From: Minisyncoccota bacterium
GTDB lineage: Bacteria > Patescibacteriota > Minisyncoccia > Phycocordibacterales > XYD1-FULL-46-19
Reading direction: 5' to 3'
DNA length: 64,000 nt
Assembly: GCA_041663165.1 (NCBI GenBank)
Contig: JBAZRF010000003.1
Coordinates: forward strand, 11,364-75,363
Shown: positions 53,901 to 62,575 of the stretch, piece by piece
How the letters are laid out: each line of letters starts with the position of its first letter
Position numbering within the stretch: position 1 is the first letter of the stretch
Made by a program: the position numbers and the translations under genes
The notes under the pieces: generated by a model
The model's database searches: none
Seen by the model: only the letters and a program-made list of their open reading frames with translations
Told to the model about the DNA's origin: nothing

Positions 53901-56617
53901 ATGATGCTGAAGCCATTTTTGCTCGGCGCGAGGTTTCTCGGCAGCATCTTTTGGGTGGCGGTTTATCAAAAAAGAAGGAAGAAGAAATAATCGAATCGGA
54001 GGTGGCGCTGGCTAAAGACTCAGATCGAATCATCGCTGTATCAGAGAGTGAGAAAGAAGTCTTCCAAGAATATGGCGTAAAAAACGTTTCGGTTCTTGGT
54101 CAAGCCACTGAAGTTAAACTCTCACCAAACCCCTTTGCGTCACGGAAAGATATTTTATTTGTTGGCAGTGTCCATACGGAGGGCGACGATAACCCCAACT
54201 TTGATTCACTGGTTTATTTTATTAAAGAGGTTTTCCCTTTGATCGCCTCACAACTTGACTGCAACTTGCATATTGTCGGTTTAAATAAATCTGAACAACT
54301 AAAGAAATTGCAGTCAGCGAGAATAAAAATTGTCGGTCAGGTTGATAATCTCAACGATTACTATAATAATTGTCGCGTTTTTGTTGCTCCAACCAGATTT
54401 GCTGCCGGGATTCCCTTAAAAGTGGTCAATGCCGCGGCGGCCGGTCTCCCGAGCGTGGTCACCCCCTTGTTGGGCGAGCAATTGGGCTGGGCAGATTCGA
54501 ACGAGTGTTTAATCGGAAGTTTGCCGACGGAATTTGCTGAGCGGGTGGTAACTTTATACCAAACCCCAAAATTGTGGGAAAAAATAAGAACGAACGCAAC
54601 TCTGGCCATAAGTCGGGAATATTCTCTAGAAATCGCTCGACGAAAAATTTCCGAGATTTTTGATTACAAAAGGGACCGAGACCAAACTAGGGCTAAAGAC
54701 TCCGCATTAGCTAAAAACGCCAAGGCCGAATCTTCCCATTGGGATAAAATCAAAAAAGCCATCCTTGTTGTCCGACACTATCCTTATTATGTTGTTAAAA
54801 ATCCTCTTCTGCTCCCGAGATTTTTTCGAATACTTTTTCGCCAAGGTTTGTACCAGGCCTGGCAAAATGCCTATGATTTTCTTCAACTTCAGGCTAGTAA
54901 TAATTTCTTGGCAACAGCAAGCGCTGGCCGGCCCTTCTTGCCTAGTTCTGACTATGATCAAACTGTCAAACTAAAAGAATCTGACCTCGACTTAAAAAAT
55001 CGAGCGTTCAAACAGATTAAGAACTTTTCGCATCTGCCAAAAATCAGTATCCTGATGCCCGTTTGGGACATCTCTCCCAAGCTATTATCGATTACCATCG
55101 AATCCGTTCTTCGCCAGCATTATCCTTTGTTTGAATTGTGTATCGGTAATGGCAGTCAAAATGCCAAAGTCGTCGAATGTCTTAACCGATATGCCCAAAA
55201 AGATAATCGTATCAAGGTTGTTCACCTCGAGAATAATAAAGGCATATCAGGAAACTCTAACGCCGCTTTGGCGCTCGCCACGGGAGAATTCGTTGCCCTT
55301 CTCGATTATGATGATGAATTAAGCCCAGACGCCCTGTTTGAAGTTGCTAAACTTGTCAATCGAAAACCATCGGCCGATTTGATCTATAGCGACGAAGACA
55401 AGATCAATCTTACTGGGCAGTATTGTTATCCATTTTTCAAGCCAGATTGGTCGCCAAGCCTCTTACTTTCAATGAACTATATTTGCCATCTAACGGTCTT
55501 AAGAAGATCTCTTATTAATAAACTTGGCGGGTTACGCGGGAAGTATGATGGAACTCAAGATTATGATTTAGTCCTTCGGGCGACCGAGCTAACAAACCAA
55601 ATTTTTCATATTCCTAAAGTGCTGTATCACTGGCGAATGACGCTAAACTCAACAGCCTATCGAATTGATGCTAAACCGCAGTGTTATATCTTGGCCCATC
55701 AGGCGATCGAAGAGGCTCTGGAGAGAAGAAAGCTTAGGGCCCGAGTGGCCAAAGAGTCCCTCTTCCCGTTTTTTGTCCGCTATGAAATTGCCGCTGAGCC
55801 ATTGGTTAGCATTATCATTCCCACTAGGGATAAAGCTGACTTGTTGGGCCGGTGCCTAACGAGTATTATCAGCAAAACAAGTTATAAAAATTATGAAATA
55901 ATAATTGCCGACAATGATTCGCGAGAGGAAGAAACAAAAAGGTATTTACGCTGGCTCAAAGATAACCATTCACAGGAAATAAAAGTTGTTGAGTACCATA
56001 AAAAATACAATTATTCAGGCATAAACAATTTTGCGGCCGGCTTTGCTCGCGGCGAGATCCTCTTGTTTTTAAATAATGATACCGAAGTGATTAATTCGGA
56101 TTGGCTTACGGCACTGGTCGAGCAGGCCGAATTGCCAGCGGTTGGTGCGGTTGGCGCTAAATTACTCTACGCTAATAATACGATTCAACATGCGGGAGTT
56201 ATTTTTGGTACGGATAACAACGTGACCCACGCCTTTCGTCAATTGCCGGACGGCCAGCAATCTTATTTTTATCAAGCTGAAGTTATTCGTAATTATGGGG
56301 CGGTCACGGCCGCCTGTCTGGCTATTCGCAAGAATGTTTTTGCTGAACTTGGCGGTTTTGACGAGAGTTATGAAGTGCCCTACAGTGATATTGAACTTTG
56401 TTTACAACTTAGAAAAAAAGGGTATCTGATTGTTTACACTCCGCTGGCCAGGCTTTATCATTTCGAGTCGGCAACGCGAGGACTTGAGCCTTGGTATGCT
56501 GATGCCGAGTTATTTTTTAAGCGTTGGGGAGAAATGATTACCACTAAGCCGGATCCATACTACAATCCTAATCTAAGTCTTAATCCGGAGGAGACTTTTA
56601 CTTGGCGGGGTTATTAG
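50981..56617 (+). CDS. Giant multidomain glycan-assembly enzyme (1878 aa): sulfotransferase, coiled-coil, class-I SAM methyltransferase, GT2, GT4, GT2, GT2
   Basis: Sulfotransferase-like GMHRSGTS at aa 14-21. Coiled-coil about aa 240-330. MTase about aa 340-540 (IEIGALHQP...FVIANHLLEH). GT2 VSIIIPVYNKF...ADDGSTDE. GT4 ILFVGSV...VFVAPTRFAAGIP. Third GT2 ISILMPVWD...DYDDEL. Fourth GT2 VSIIIPTRDK...ADNDS. GTG start overlaps the wzt stop (GTGA). Confidence 0.8.
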   Translation: MNGEKRQKVILVLGMHRSGTSALAGILQFLGVDLGPNLMPASEFNPRGYFEDLDIVGINDKILSAIGSGWNDLNELPDNWPVRFPSVLALKEDLKKIISRDFGSSSIFAIKDPRLCLLLPLYFEIFQDLAIDSSLVRIQRAPAEVAFSLGRSEKLNLVKALQLYRKYQKYLEKYLVGRRVVTVEFNQLLNNPAQVISLIKNLVPEIPFDYQVRQKEIDAFLDYQLKHFGQQSQDDCLFSLLDNINENEQTIVLTNQTIEQDKKRLNEVLNQRERLQQENIKKDVEIATRQEQLEELKQQNLERDIFIESQHQELATIKSSLTWRMQKVVDRWISLLLSRNDGQRGRSREEIARQYLIGEGIEIGALHQPLKLDQSRARVHYVDYLDQEGLKKVYPEINSDSITTPEIIAKAEDLSPIADSSQDFVIANHLLEHVSNPVEALSEFYRVTKKEGGIVFLTLPNSRSCFDSAREITRSQHFRDDFDLNNSERKVVDLGHYLDWAINVLKIQNIDEANRIAHELSAKGYPIHFHVFSYQSAIDFINSLEINYGFGWEMIYSQEDKDEFIFILRPKTEKVEIGLTENYQPLVLPACVEPEVSIIIPVYNKFKYTYRCLKSLLEAEPGLKYEVIVADDGSTDETLRIGEYFSQIRVIRNETNLRFLKNCNKAALEAKGKYLLFLNNDTKILPGAISHLLATIKSNETIGVVGGRLILPDQTLQEAGGILWSDGTCFGYGRGDDPFKPEYSYVREIDYCSGALLLTPTELFLGLGEFDIRFAPAYYEDADYCTAVINKGYKVIYQPLASVIHYEFTSHGKSSATELQKRNGQLFRTKWQEYLNFKYPADLKNTLWARDNQNFKSRVLIIDDRLPNAKLGAGYPRARAILDILLEQKRFVTFLPTEINYEEDIDCLRELRQLSVEILCQTERNPFNAANLADLLAKREDFYDQIVISRPANMARLGDLIRGKINRAKTKIIYDAEAIFARREVSRQHLLGGGLSKKKEEEIIESEVALAKDSDRIIAVSESEKEVFQEYGVKNVSVLGQATEVKLSPNPFASRKDILFVGSVHTEGDDNPNFDSLVYFIKEVFPLIASQLDCNLHIVGLNKSEQLKKLQSARIKIVGQVDNLNDYYNNCRVFVAPTRFAAGIPLKVVNAAAAGLPSVVTPLLGEQLGWADSNECLIGSLPTEFAERVVTLYQTPKLWEKIRTNATLAISREYSLEIARRKISEIFDYKRDRDQTRAKDSALAKNAKAESSHWDKIKKAILVVRHYPYYVVKNPLLLPRFFRILFRQGLYQAWQNAYDFLQLQASNNFLATASAGRPFLPSSDYDQTVKLKESDLDLKNRAFKQIKNFSHLPKISILMPVWDISPKLLSITIESVLRQHYPLFELCIGNGSQNAKVVECLNRYAQKDNRIKVVHLENNKGISGNSNAALALATGEFVALLDYDDELSPDALFEVAKLVNRKPSADLIYSDEDKINLTGQYCYPFFKPDWSPSLLLSMNYICHLTVLRRSLINKLGGLRGKYDGTQDYDLVLRATELTNQIFHIPKVLYHWRMTLNSTAYRIDAKPQCYILAHQAIEEALERRKLRARVAKESLFPFFVRYEIAAEPLVSIIIPTRDKADLLGRCLTSIISKTSYKNYEIIIADNDSREEETKRYLRWLKDNHSQEIKVVEYHKKYNYSGINNFAAGFARGEILLFLNNDTEVINSDWLTALVEQAELPAVGAVGAKLLYANNTIQHAGVIFGTDNNVTHAFRQLPDGQQSYFYQAEVIRNYGAVTAACLAIRKNVFAELGGFDESYEVPYSDIELCLQLRKKGYLIVYTPLARLYHFESATRGLEPWYADAELFFKRWGEMITTKPDPYYNPNLSLNPEETFTWRGY

Positions 56618-57704
56618 CCAGAGTGCCAATCAAGGCTTTGATTTTAGCGATAAAGACTTGGGTATCAAATTTTTGGGCTTGTTTTAGGCAGGCCGCTTGA
56701 TAATTTTCGGCTTGCGGGCCAATTTTTTTAATTGCTTCAATTAGCTTGTTACTGTCAATATTGTCGATTAATTTGCCAGTCTCGCCGTCAATCACGCTTT
56801 CTTTATAACCGCCTTCATTAGGGGCAATCACTGGTTTCCCAGCCGCCATCGCTTCGACGACGGTCATCCCAAAATCTTCATCTTGGGCCGTGGTAATGAA
56901 TCCGCGGCAATTGGCATATAAATCCAACAATTCCTGTCGGCTGACCCAGCTCTTGATCTCAACATTGGCCGGCTGAATCCTCTTAATATAATCGGCATAT
57001 TGCTGAAAATGCCGAGACTGTTCATAACTGCCCACTAAAATTAACTTTTCATTCGGCAAAGCGGAAAAAGCCTTCATTTGTAAATCTACTCGTTTGTGGC
57101 CAATCAATCGGTTAACGCTTAGCCAAAAATTACCATTTGGTTTGCCGTAATAGTCTTTGGTCTCAATCGGCGGATTGATAATGGTTGCCTCTCGGTTCAA
57201 GTATTTGGTCAAACGATTTTTGGTATTCTGCGAATTGCAGGCAATCAGGTCAACGCGCTTAATATACTTTCGATTGTAATAACGATTAAGTTTAACCCAA
57301 AGATCAAAGATTGGTCGCGCCCAGACCGGGACGGTGTTCTTGCGCGTATATTCATAAAGGTCCCAAATTTCACGGATCGGTGAGTGAACATACCACAAAT
57401 TGGGGTAATTATTAACTGCTCCCGCCATCGCCCAGTCGCCGCTGATAATGAAAAAATCGTATTGGTCGCGCAGGTTTAAATGGCGAAAACGCCAGAGCGA
57501 AAATTGTTGTTTAAATGGGGCGTTGACTGGTACGTGGCCAATCGACTTGACAGTTACATCGGCAAAGCCCATCTTGGCAATTTTCTCAATATCAACATTG
57601 GTTGAATAGATGTCCGCTTTAAGTTCGCGGGCCAAGGTCAGGCTCAAGATCTCGGCGCCGCCGATATTGTCCATGAAGTTATGAAAGATGGCGATTTTTT
57701 TCAT
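56598..57704 (-). CDS. Glycosyltransferase family 4 (GT-B, retaining)
   Basis: Glycos_transf_1-like C-terminal region (GFITTAQDEDFGMTVVEAMAAGKPVIA). Confidence 0.75.
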   Translation of the reverse strand: MKKIAIFHNFMDNIGGAEILSLTLARELKADIYSTNVDIEKIAKMGFADVTVKSIGHVPVNAPFKQQFSLWRFRHLNLRDQYDFFIISGDWAMAGAVNNYPNLWYVHSPIREIWDLYEYTRKNTVPVWARPIFDLWVKLNRYYNRKYIKRVDLIACNSQNTKNRLTKYLNREATIINPPIETKDYYGKPNGNFWLSVNRLIGHKRVDLQMKAFSALPNEKLILVGSYEQSRHFQQYADYIKRIQPANVEIKSWVSRQELLDLYANCRGFITTAQDEDFGMTVVEAMAAGKPVIAPNEGGYKESVIDGETGKLIDNIDSNKLIEAIKKIGPQAENYQAACLKQAQKFDTQVFIAKIKALIGTLANNPAK

Positions 57705-57706
57705 CG

Positions 57707-59050
57707 TTAAGAATTTTTAAACCCATTAATTTTTTTCCATCTCAAGACTTCTACGACCTTACTGTCCAGAAATTTTTCTTCGGGGAAGAGGGGGGCGATT
57801 TTGTAGCACTGCCCAACATCTTCCTGCTTAATGTTGGTGTAGCAACCAAGAGCTCTTTGCCCGTTTACTTTTTGATCGTTTGCCCATTTGATAGGCCAAA
57901 CGCTGAACATAAGAAAACTGCCGACCATAAAAGCGAATAAGACCATTTTAAACATCCACCCTTTTTTAAAATCGGCAAAAACAAAAAACAATCCCAAGGG
58001 GAGCAACATTGAAAAGGTTATGTAGCGATAACTTAAGCCCTGAGTAAGGCCAAAGGATGACCTGCCCAGTGCTAAGGTTAAGATAAAGAGTACCCCGAAA
58101 ATTATCAAAACTAAACCCACCAAGCAGTTCTTGTTTAGTCCGGGTTTGAATATTCGATAGATAGCCAGAACTAAAAATACCAATAAGACGAATAACAAAA
58201 TATAGTTAACAAAATCGTTTCTTAAATAAAAAAAGCCACCGCTTAGAGTGGTTGAAAAATATTTTAGAATTGGCAAAGCATCGGCGCTAAGCTTAGTCTG
58301 AAAATCCTGAACATAGCCGATAAAGTAAGAGACAATAATTAAGATATTCGCCAAACCGGCAAACATGATTACTCGCCGCTCCTTCTGATTTTTAAAATAA
58401 TCAAAGAGCGCTAGGCCGATGGTTATTAGGGGTAAGAATAAGCCATGGAAGCTAGAGTAACTGCTTAGAAAAGCGATAATTGTTAAAATTGAATATCGCC
58501 AATCGGTTGATTTTATTTTCAACATAGCGACGAGCCACAGACTGAGAAAGAAAAAGGGCAGGATGAACGAAATTTGAAAGCCCCAAATCAGATTTTCTAC
58601 CTGAAAGATGTTTAAAACGAGAAAGGGAATAAAAATATCGAGCCACTCTAATTTCTGGCTGGCTAGATATTTTGCGTAAGTAAGTAGCCCGGCCGAAGCA
58701 ATCAATAAGAAAGAGATAAATTTTATTTCAAGTAATTGGCTCCAGTTAGAAAAAGATGCCAAAAATTTAATAATGAGCAATCCCACTCCGATTCGGTGCT
58801 CATTATGCTGATAAAAAAACAATTGCCAAAAATTATAATGGGTTTTGTCAGTAATTATGTCGGCTAAACTCCACTGGTCCAAATAGGGGATATCCACGGC
58901 TCGGCTGGCGATAAAAAAGGCAAAGCTATAAACGATGGCGGTAAAACCGGCCAGCAAAAATACTTTTATAAATTTTTCTTCGCCAAACAATTCAATAAAT
59001 TGAAGGCTATATTTTTTTATTTTTTGTACCACAAGCAGCCCTGTTTTCAT
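57707..59050 (-). CDS. Polytopic membrane protein (447 aa), possible GT-C-type glycosyltransferase
   Basis: More than 10 TM helices. Sits among GT2 and GT-C genes. Confidence 0.4.
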   Translation of the reverse strand: MKTGLLVVQKIKKYSLQFIELFGEEKFIKVFLLAGFTAIVYSFAFFIASRAVDIPYLDQWSLADIITDKTHYNFWQLFFYQHNEHRIGVGLLIIKFLASFSNWSQLLEIKFISFLLIASAGLLTYAKYLASQKLEWLDIFIPFLVLNIFQVENLIWGFQISFILPFFFLSLWLVAMLKIKSTDWRYSILTIIAFLSSYSSFHGLFLPLITIGLALFDYFKNQKERRVIMFAGLANILIIVSYFIGYVQDFQTKLSADALPILKYFSTTLSGGFFYLRNDFVNYILLFVLLVFLVLAIYRIFKPGLNKNCLVGLVLIIFGVLFILTLALGRSSFGLTQGLSYRYITFSMLLPLGLFFVFADFKKGWMFKMVLFAFMVGSFLMFSVWPIKWANDQKVNGQRALGCYTNIKQEDVGQCYKIAPLFPEEKFLDSKVVEVLRWKKINGFKNS

Positions 59051-59793
59051 TGTTTTTTATAATCTCCCTGGGATAGCCATTTTTCTAATAGGCAATAAAG
59101 AATAATGAAAAAATAGCGACTGCCCATTTCCTTTATTCGCAATTTGCTCTGGCCGGCCTGGCGATTTGTCCAACAATTAGGCACTATGGCGTAAGTATAG
59201 CCACGAACAATGGCCTTAAGCGGCAGCTCAACCGTTAAGTTAAAATGGTTGCTGAGAAATGGTCTTAAACCTTCAATTACCTCTCGCCGGTAAAGTTTAA
59301 AAGCGTTGGTTGTATCGTTATACTTGATTCCAAACAAAAGTTTAATCAAGTTATTAGTCAACCGGTTCAGATAATATTTAAATTTGGGATAACCGATAAC
59401 CTGGCCGCCAGATATAAATCTTGAGCCAAAGACGCAATCGTAGCCCTCCTCAATTTTCTGATAATATTTTACCAAGTCCTCGGGTCGATCGGAAAGGTCA
59501 GCCATAACGATCGCTACGTAATTACCGGAAAAGTTATCCAAACCCTTTCTGACCGCTAAACCAAAGCCGTTAGGAAGGGGTTTATTAAAATACCTAAGCT
59601 CAATTATTTCTAGCGACAATTCCTCAAGAATTTTTTCTGTTTGATCAGTACTATTATCGTTGACGATGATAATTTCATGGTCAATAAGGGCTTTTTTTAA
59701 TTCGTCGTGAAAGGCGCGAATAGTTTTTGCAATACTGCCACTTTCGTTGTGGGCCGGGATGATGAGGGACAGTTTTTTTGTTGGGCTCGGCAT
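59047..59793 (-). CDS. Glycosyltransferase family 2 (polyprenyl-phosphate sugar synthase, DPM1-like, soluble)
   Basis: LSLIIPAHNE...IIVNDNSTD...DxD-like MADLSD. Confidence 0.75.
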   Translation of the reverse strand: MPSPTKKLSLIIPAHNESGSIAKTIRAFHDELKKALIDHEIIIVNDNSTDQTEKILEELSLEIIELRYFNKPLPNGFGLAVRKGLDNFSGNYVAIVMADLSDRPEDLVKYYQKIEEGYDCVFGSRFISGGQVIGYPKFKYYLNRLTNNLIKLLFGIKYNDTTNAFKLYRREVIEGLRPFLSNHFNLTVELPLKAIVRGYTYAIVPNCWTNRQAGQSKLRIKEMGSRYFFIILYCLLEKWLSQGDYKKQ

Positions 59794-59797
59794 AATT

Positions 59798-60943
59798 TTA
59801 ACGGTTTTTGATGCCCAGGATACTTAGCATAAAAGAGGAAAAGATAGTTTGTAAACCAAGAAAAACCAGGGTTTGCGCCACAATCAAGTTTTTGACTTCA
59901 TCGAGAGAGCTGAAGCTTGAATCATACCAGCGCCAAAAAACTAGACTCATAACAATTATTCCGACTAAGGCCAAACCGATGCCAACCAAGGAGGCCCGCT
60001 CGATACTTAGATGCTTGTAAATTTTCTCTAGCCACGGCGATGGCTCGCCTAAATGAACGTGGGCATAAGTTCGGGCAAAAACGGTGAAGATTATTAATTG
60101 ATAGCCGATGAGTAAAAGAAGTGAGGCGCCAAACATTGGGTGATAATAAAAACGTAAATTGTTCAAGCTGAGCTGGTCAAAATAGAGAAGAATTGTTGTC
60201 AGTAATCCGACCAGAGCCAAAACAATGCCCGGTAATAAGAACAAGAGGGTCGGGCTATAAAGCAAGAGAAATCTCAGGTGTCGCCAGCCGTCAGGAATGG
60301 TCCGCAGTTTGGATTCACCTTGTCGCCGGGCATAATTGATCGGCAACTCAACAATTTTCAAATTTTTCTTGCCGGCTTTAATCATCATCTCTGAGGCAAA
60401 CTCCATGCCAGTGGTTCTTAAATCTAACCGATTGAGCGCGGCGCGCGAAATAGCCCGTTCGCCCGAGTGGATGTCGTTAATCTTCAATCCAAAAAATATT
60501 TTGGTTAAGAAAGCAAAGATGATTCGGCTCAAATAACGATGAGAGGTGGGCATGGCGCCGGACTCGATTTGGCCGGCAAAACGATTGCCGATTACTAAAT
60601 CAGCGCCACTCTGCAATTCTCTTAAAAATTTTGGCAGCTCATCAAAATCATAAGTGCCATCAGCATCAGCCATAAAGATATATTGTCCGCGAGCGGCTTT
60701 AAATCCTTCAAGATAAGCATTGCCGTAACCGTCTTTGTCGTGTTTAACTAAAACCACTCCGGCCTCACGAGCAATTTGCGGTGAACGGTCGGTTGATGAA
60801 TCAGCCACAATAATCTCGGCTGATAAATTATTTTGGGCAATTACTCTCTTGGCTTTGGCAAGACAACTAGCCAATGACGTTTCTTCGTTGCGGCACGGCA
60901 AAACAATGCTAACAAGAACTTTTTCTTCAGAGAAAGTAGACAT
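59798..60943 (-). CDS. Glycosyltransferase family 2 with C-terminal TM helices (GtrB/ArnC-like polyprenyl-phosphate glycosyltransferase)
   Basis: VSIVLPCRNEE...VADSSTDRS...ADADG DxD motif, followed by 3-4 C-terminal TM helices. Confidence 0.75.
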   Translation of the reverse strand: MSTFSEEKVLVSIVLPCRNEETSLASCLAKAKRVIAQNNLSAEIIVADSSTDRSPQIAREAGVVLVKHDKDGYGNAYLEGFKAARGQYIFMADADGTYDFDELPKFLRELQSGADLVIGNRFAGQIESGAMPTSHRYLSRIIFAFLTKIFFGLKINDIHSGERAISRAALNRLDLRTTGMEFASEMMIKAGKKNLKIVELPINYARRQGESKLRTIPDGWRHLRFLLLYSPTLLFLLPGIVLALVGLLTTILLYFDQLSLNNLRFYYHPMFGASLLLLIGYQLIIFTVFARTYAHVHLGEPSPWLEKIYKHLSIERASLVGIGLALVGIIVMSLVFWRWYDSSFSSLDEVKNLIVAQTLVFLGLQTIFSSFMLSILGIKNR

Positions 60944-60945
60944 TT

Positions 60946-62433
60946 TTATTTTATTTTTACAACCGAAAAAAGACTGCTACTTTTTGACTGCCGGAGCACC
61001 TTAAGTCCCGGGCAGTCAAGGGTTTTCATTGTTCTTGGCCAATAAATGATTGTCGCCCCAGTTGATTCTATTATCTTTTGCTTCTGTTCGCAATTACTTG
61101 GCCGATAAAAATTTTCTACGGTTTTGCGGCTACCGTAAAAATTTATTGCTCCGACCGGTTCGTGGTCGGTTAGGGCAACTAGGGCTGTACCAAATGGCAG
61201 CGTCCCCATCACAATTGTTTTTGGTTTTTGAGCAAGAAATTGAATCGCTTCGTAATCATCGGAATTGATTACTTTATAGAGTCGACTTTCTCTTGGTAAA
61301 TTGAAGTAACCGGCGAAAATGGCTAGAAAACTTGTTACTATTAAAATCCCGCCGATTAATCGGGAGTACCGCTGTTTCTCTGGCCAATTAACTAACCAGC
61401 TCGGTAAAGTTTTTTGGGTGAAATAGTATAGACCATAGCCGCTAAAAAGCGGTATAACCAAGGTTAGGTAATAGAGGTTTCGTTGAAATGGGCTAAAAAA
61501 TGAAAAGCCAACAAAGCGATAGATAAGGGTTGAGAAGATAAGAACAATTGACCAAAGAAGATAAAAAGAATAGTGGCGTTGGTCTTGGTGCAAAAGATAG
61601 CTCATCCCAACTAAGGCCCAAAGCCAAGCCGGCCAGGGATAAAGCTCAAATAATGGATTATTTAGTTCAAGTACGCCCCAACCGCGAGAAAATTTTAATA
61701 GAGAAAAAATCTGCTCTAACGCGGCTATTAAACTTTTACCGAAGACCAAAGCAAAGAAACCGACACCAACAATAAAAATCAATAGAGAAAAAATCCATAA
61801 CCATTTTTCTTTTACCGCCTGACGATAATTAATTAAGTCAAAAATTGCGATGATCGGTAGGGAAAACAGAACTGATAGGGGATGGCAAAAAAGTAGTCCG
61901 AACATGATAAAAAAGCCATAAAATAGGTATCTTCTGTTTGCGGTGAGGATTCCTTCGCTTATAAAGTAGGCATAGAGAAAGATAAAAGGAAAAGAGAAGG
62001 ATAGAGGGGTAAAAAACCACAAACCTGTTAAATTAGCGTTGGTGCGAATAGCCATAAAGAAAAGTAGTGATAACCAGGCCAATAAAAAATTTTTGGAACC
62101 TTTTTGGTAGGCAACAAAAAACAGTGCTAGGCCCGAAAAAATTGCCCACAGGGCGGGGAGAAATTTGTAAATCAAAACGACATTAAAAACTTTTGACAGG
62201 AGAAGAATGATTAGTTGAAAACCGACTTCTAAACCGCTCATTGCTCGTCCCGGCTCGGCTCGCAACCAAGTAAAATAATCAGCGGGATTGGCCAAGCGTT
62301 TGGCTTCGGTCAGGTGATGCCACTCATCGACATGAAAAGGAAAAGGATATGAGAAATGGGGCCAAAAAACCAATAGCCCGAAGGATAGAAGGGTAATTGC
62401 GAGAATAGTCCATCGAAGATTGGTCATAAACAA
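60946..62433 (-). CDS. GT-C fold membrane glycosyltransferase (ArnT/PMT-like, 495 aa)
   Basis: About 12 TM helices with an HVDEW acidic motif in the first extracytoplasmic loop, as in GT39/GT83-type enzymes. Confidence 0.5.
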   Translation of the reverse strand: MFMTNLRWTILAITLLSFGLLVFWPHFSYPFPFHVDEWHHLTEAKRLANPADYFTWLRAEPGRAMSGLEVGFQLIILLLSKVFNVVLIYKFLPALWAIFSGLALFFVAYQKGSKNFLLAWLSLLFFMAIRTNANLTGLWFFTPLSFSFPFIFLYAYFISEGILTANRRYLFYGFFIMFGLLFCHPLSVLFSLPIIAIFDLINYRQAVKEKWLWIFSLLIFIVGVGFFALVFGKSLIAALEQIFSLLKFSRGWGVLELNNPLFELYPWPAWLWALVGMSYLLHQDQRHYSFYLLWSIVLIFSTLIYRFVGFSFFSPFQRNLYYLTLVIPLFSGYGLYYFTQKTLPSWLVNWPEKQRYSRLIGGILIVTSFLAIFAGYFNLPRESRLYKVINSDDYEAIQFLAQKPKTIVMGTLPFGTALVALTDHEPVGAINFYGSRKTVENFYRPSNCEQKQKIIESTGATIIYWPRTMKTLDCPGLKVLRQSKSSSLFSVVKIK

Positions 62434-62575
62434 TATTTTTCATGATAAGACGTTGTTGACAATTTGTCCATAAACTTTAAGGTTATCCACAGCTCGTTAC
62501 TAAAAAATAGTTTTTGCTTTGTTTTTTCTGATATAATGTTACCAGTCTTTATTTTTAGTCTAAATTATAATAAAA

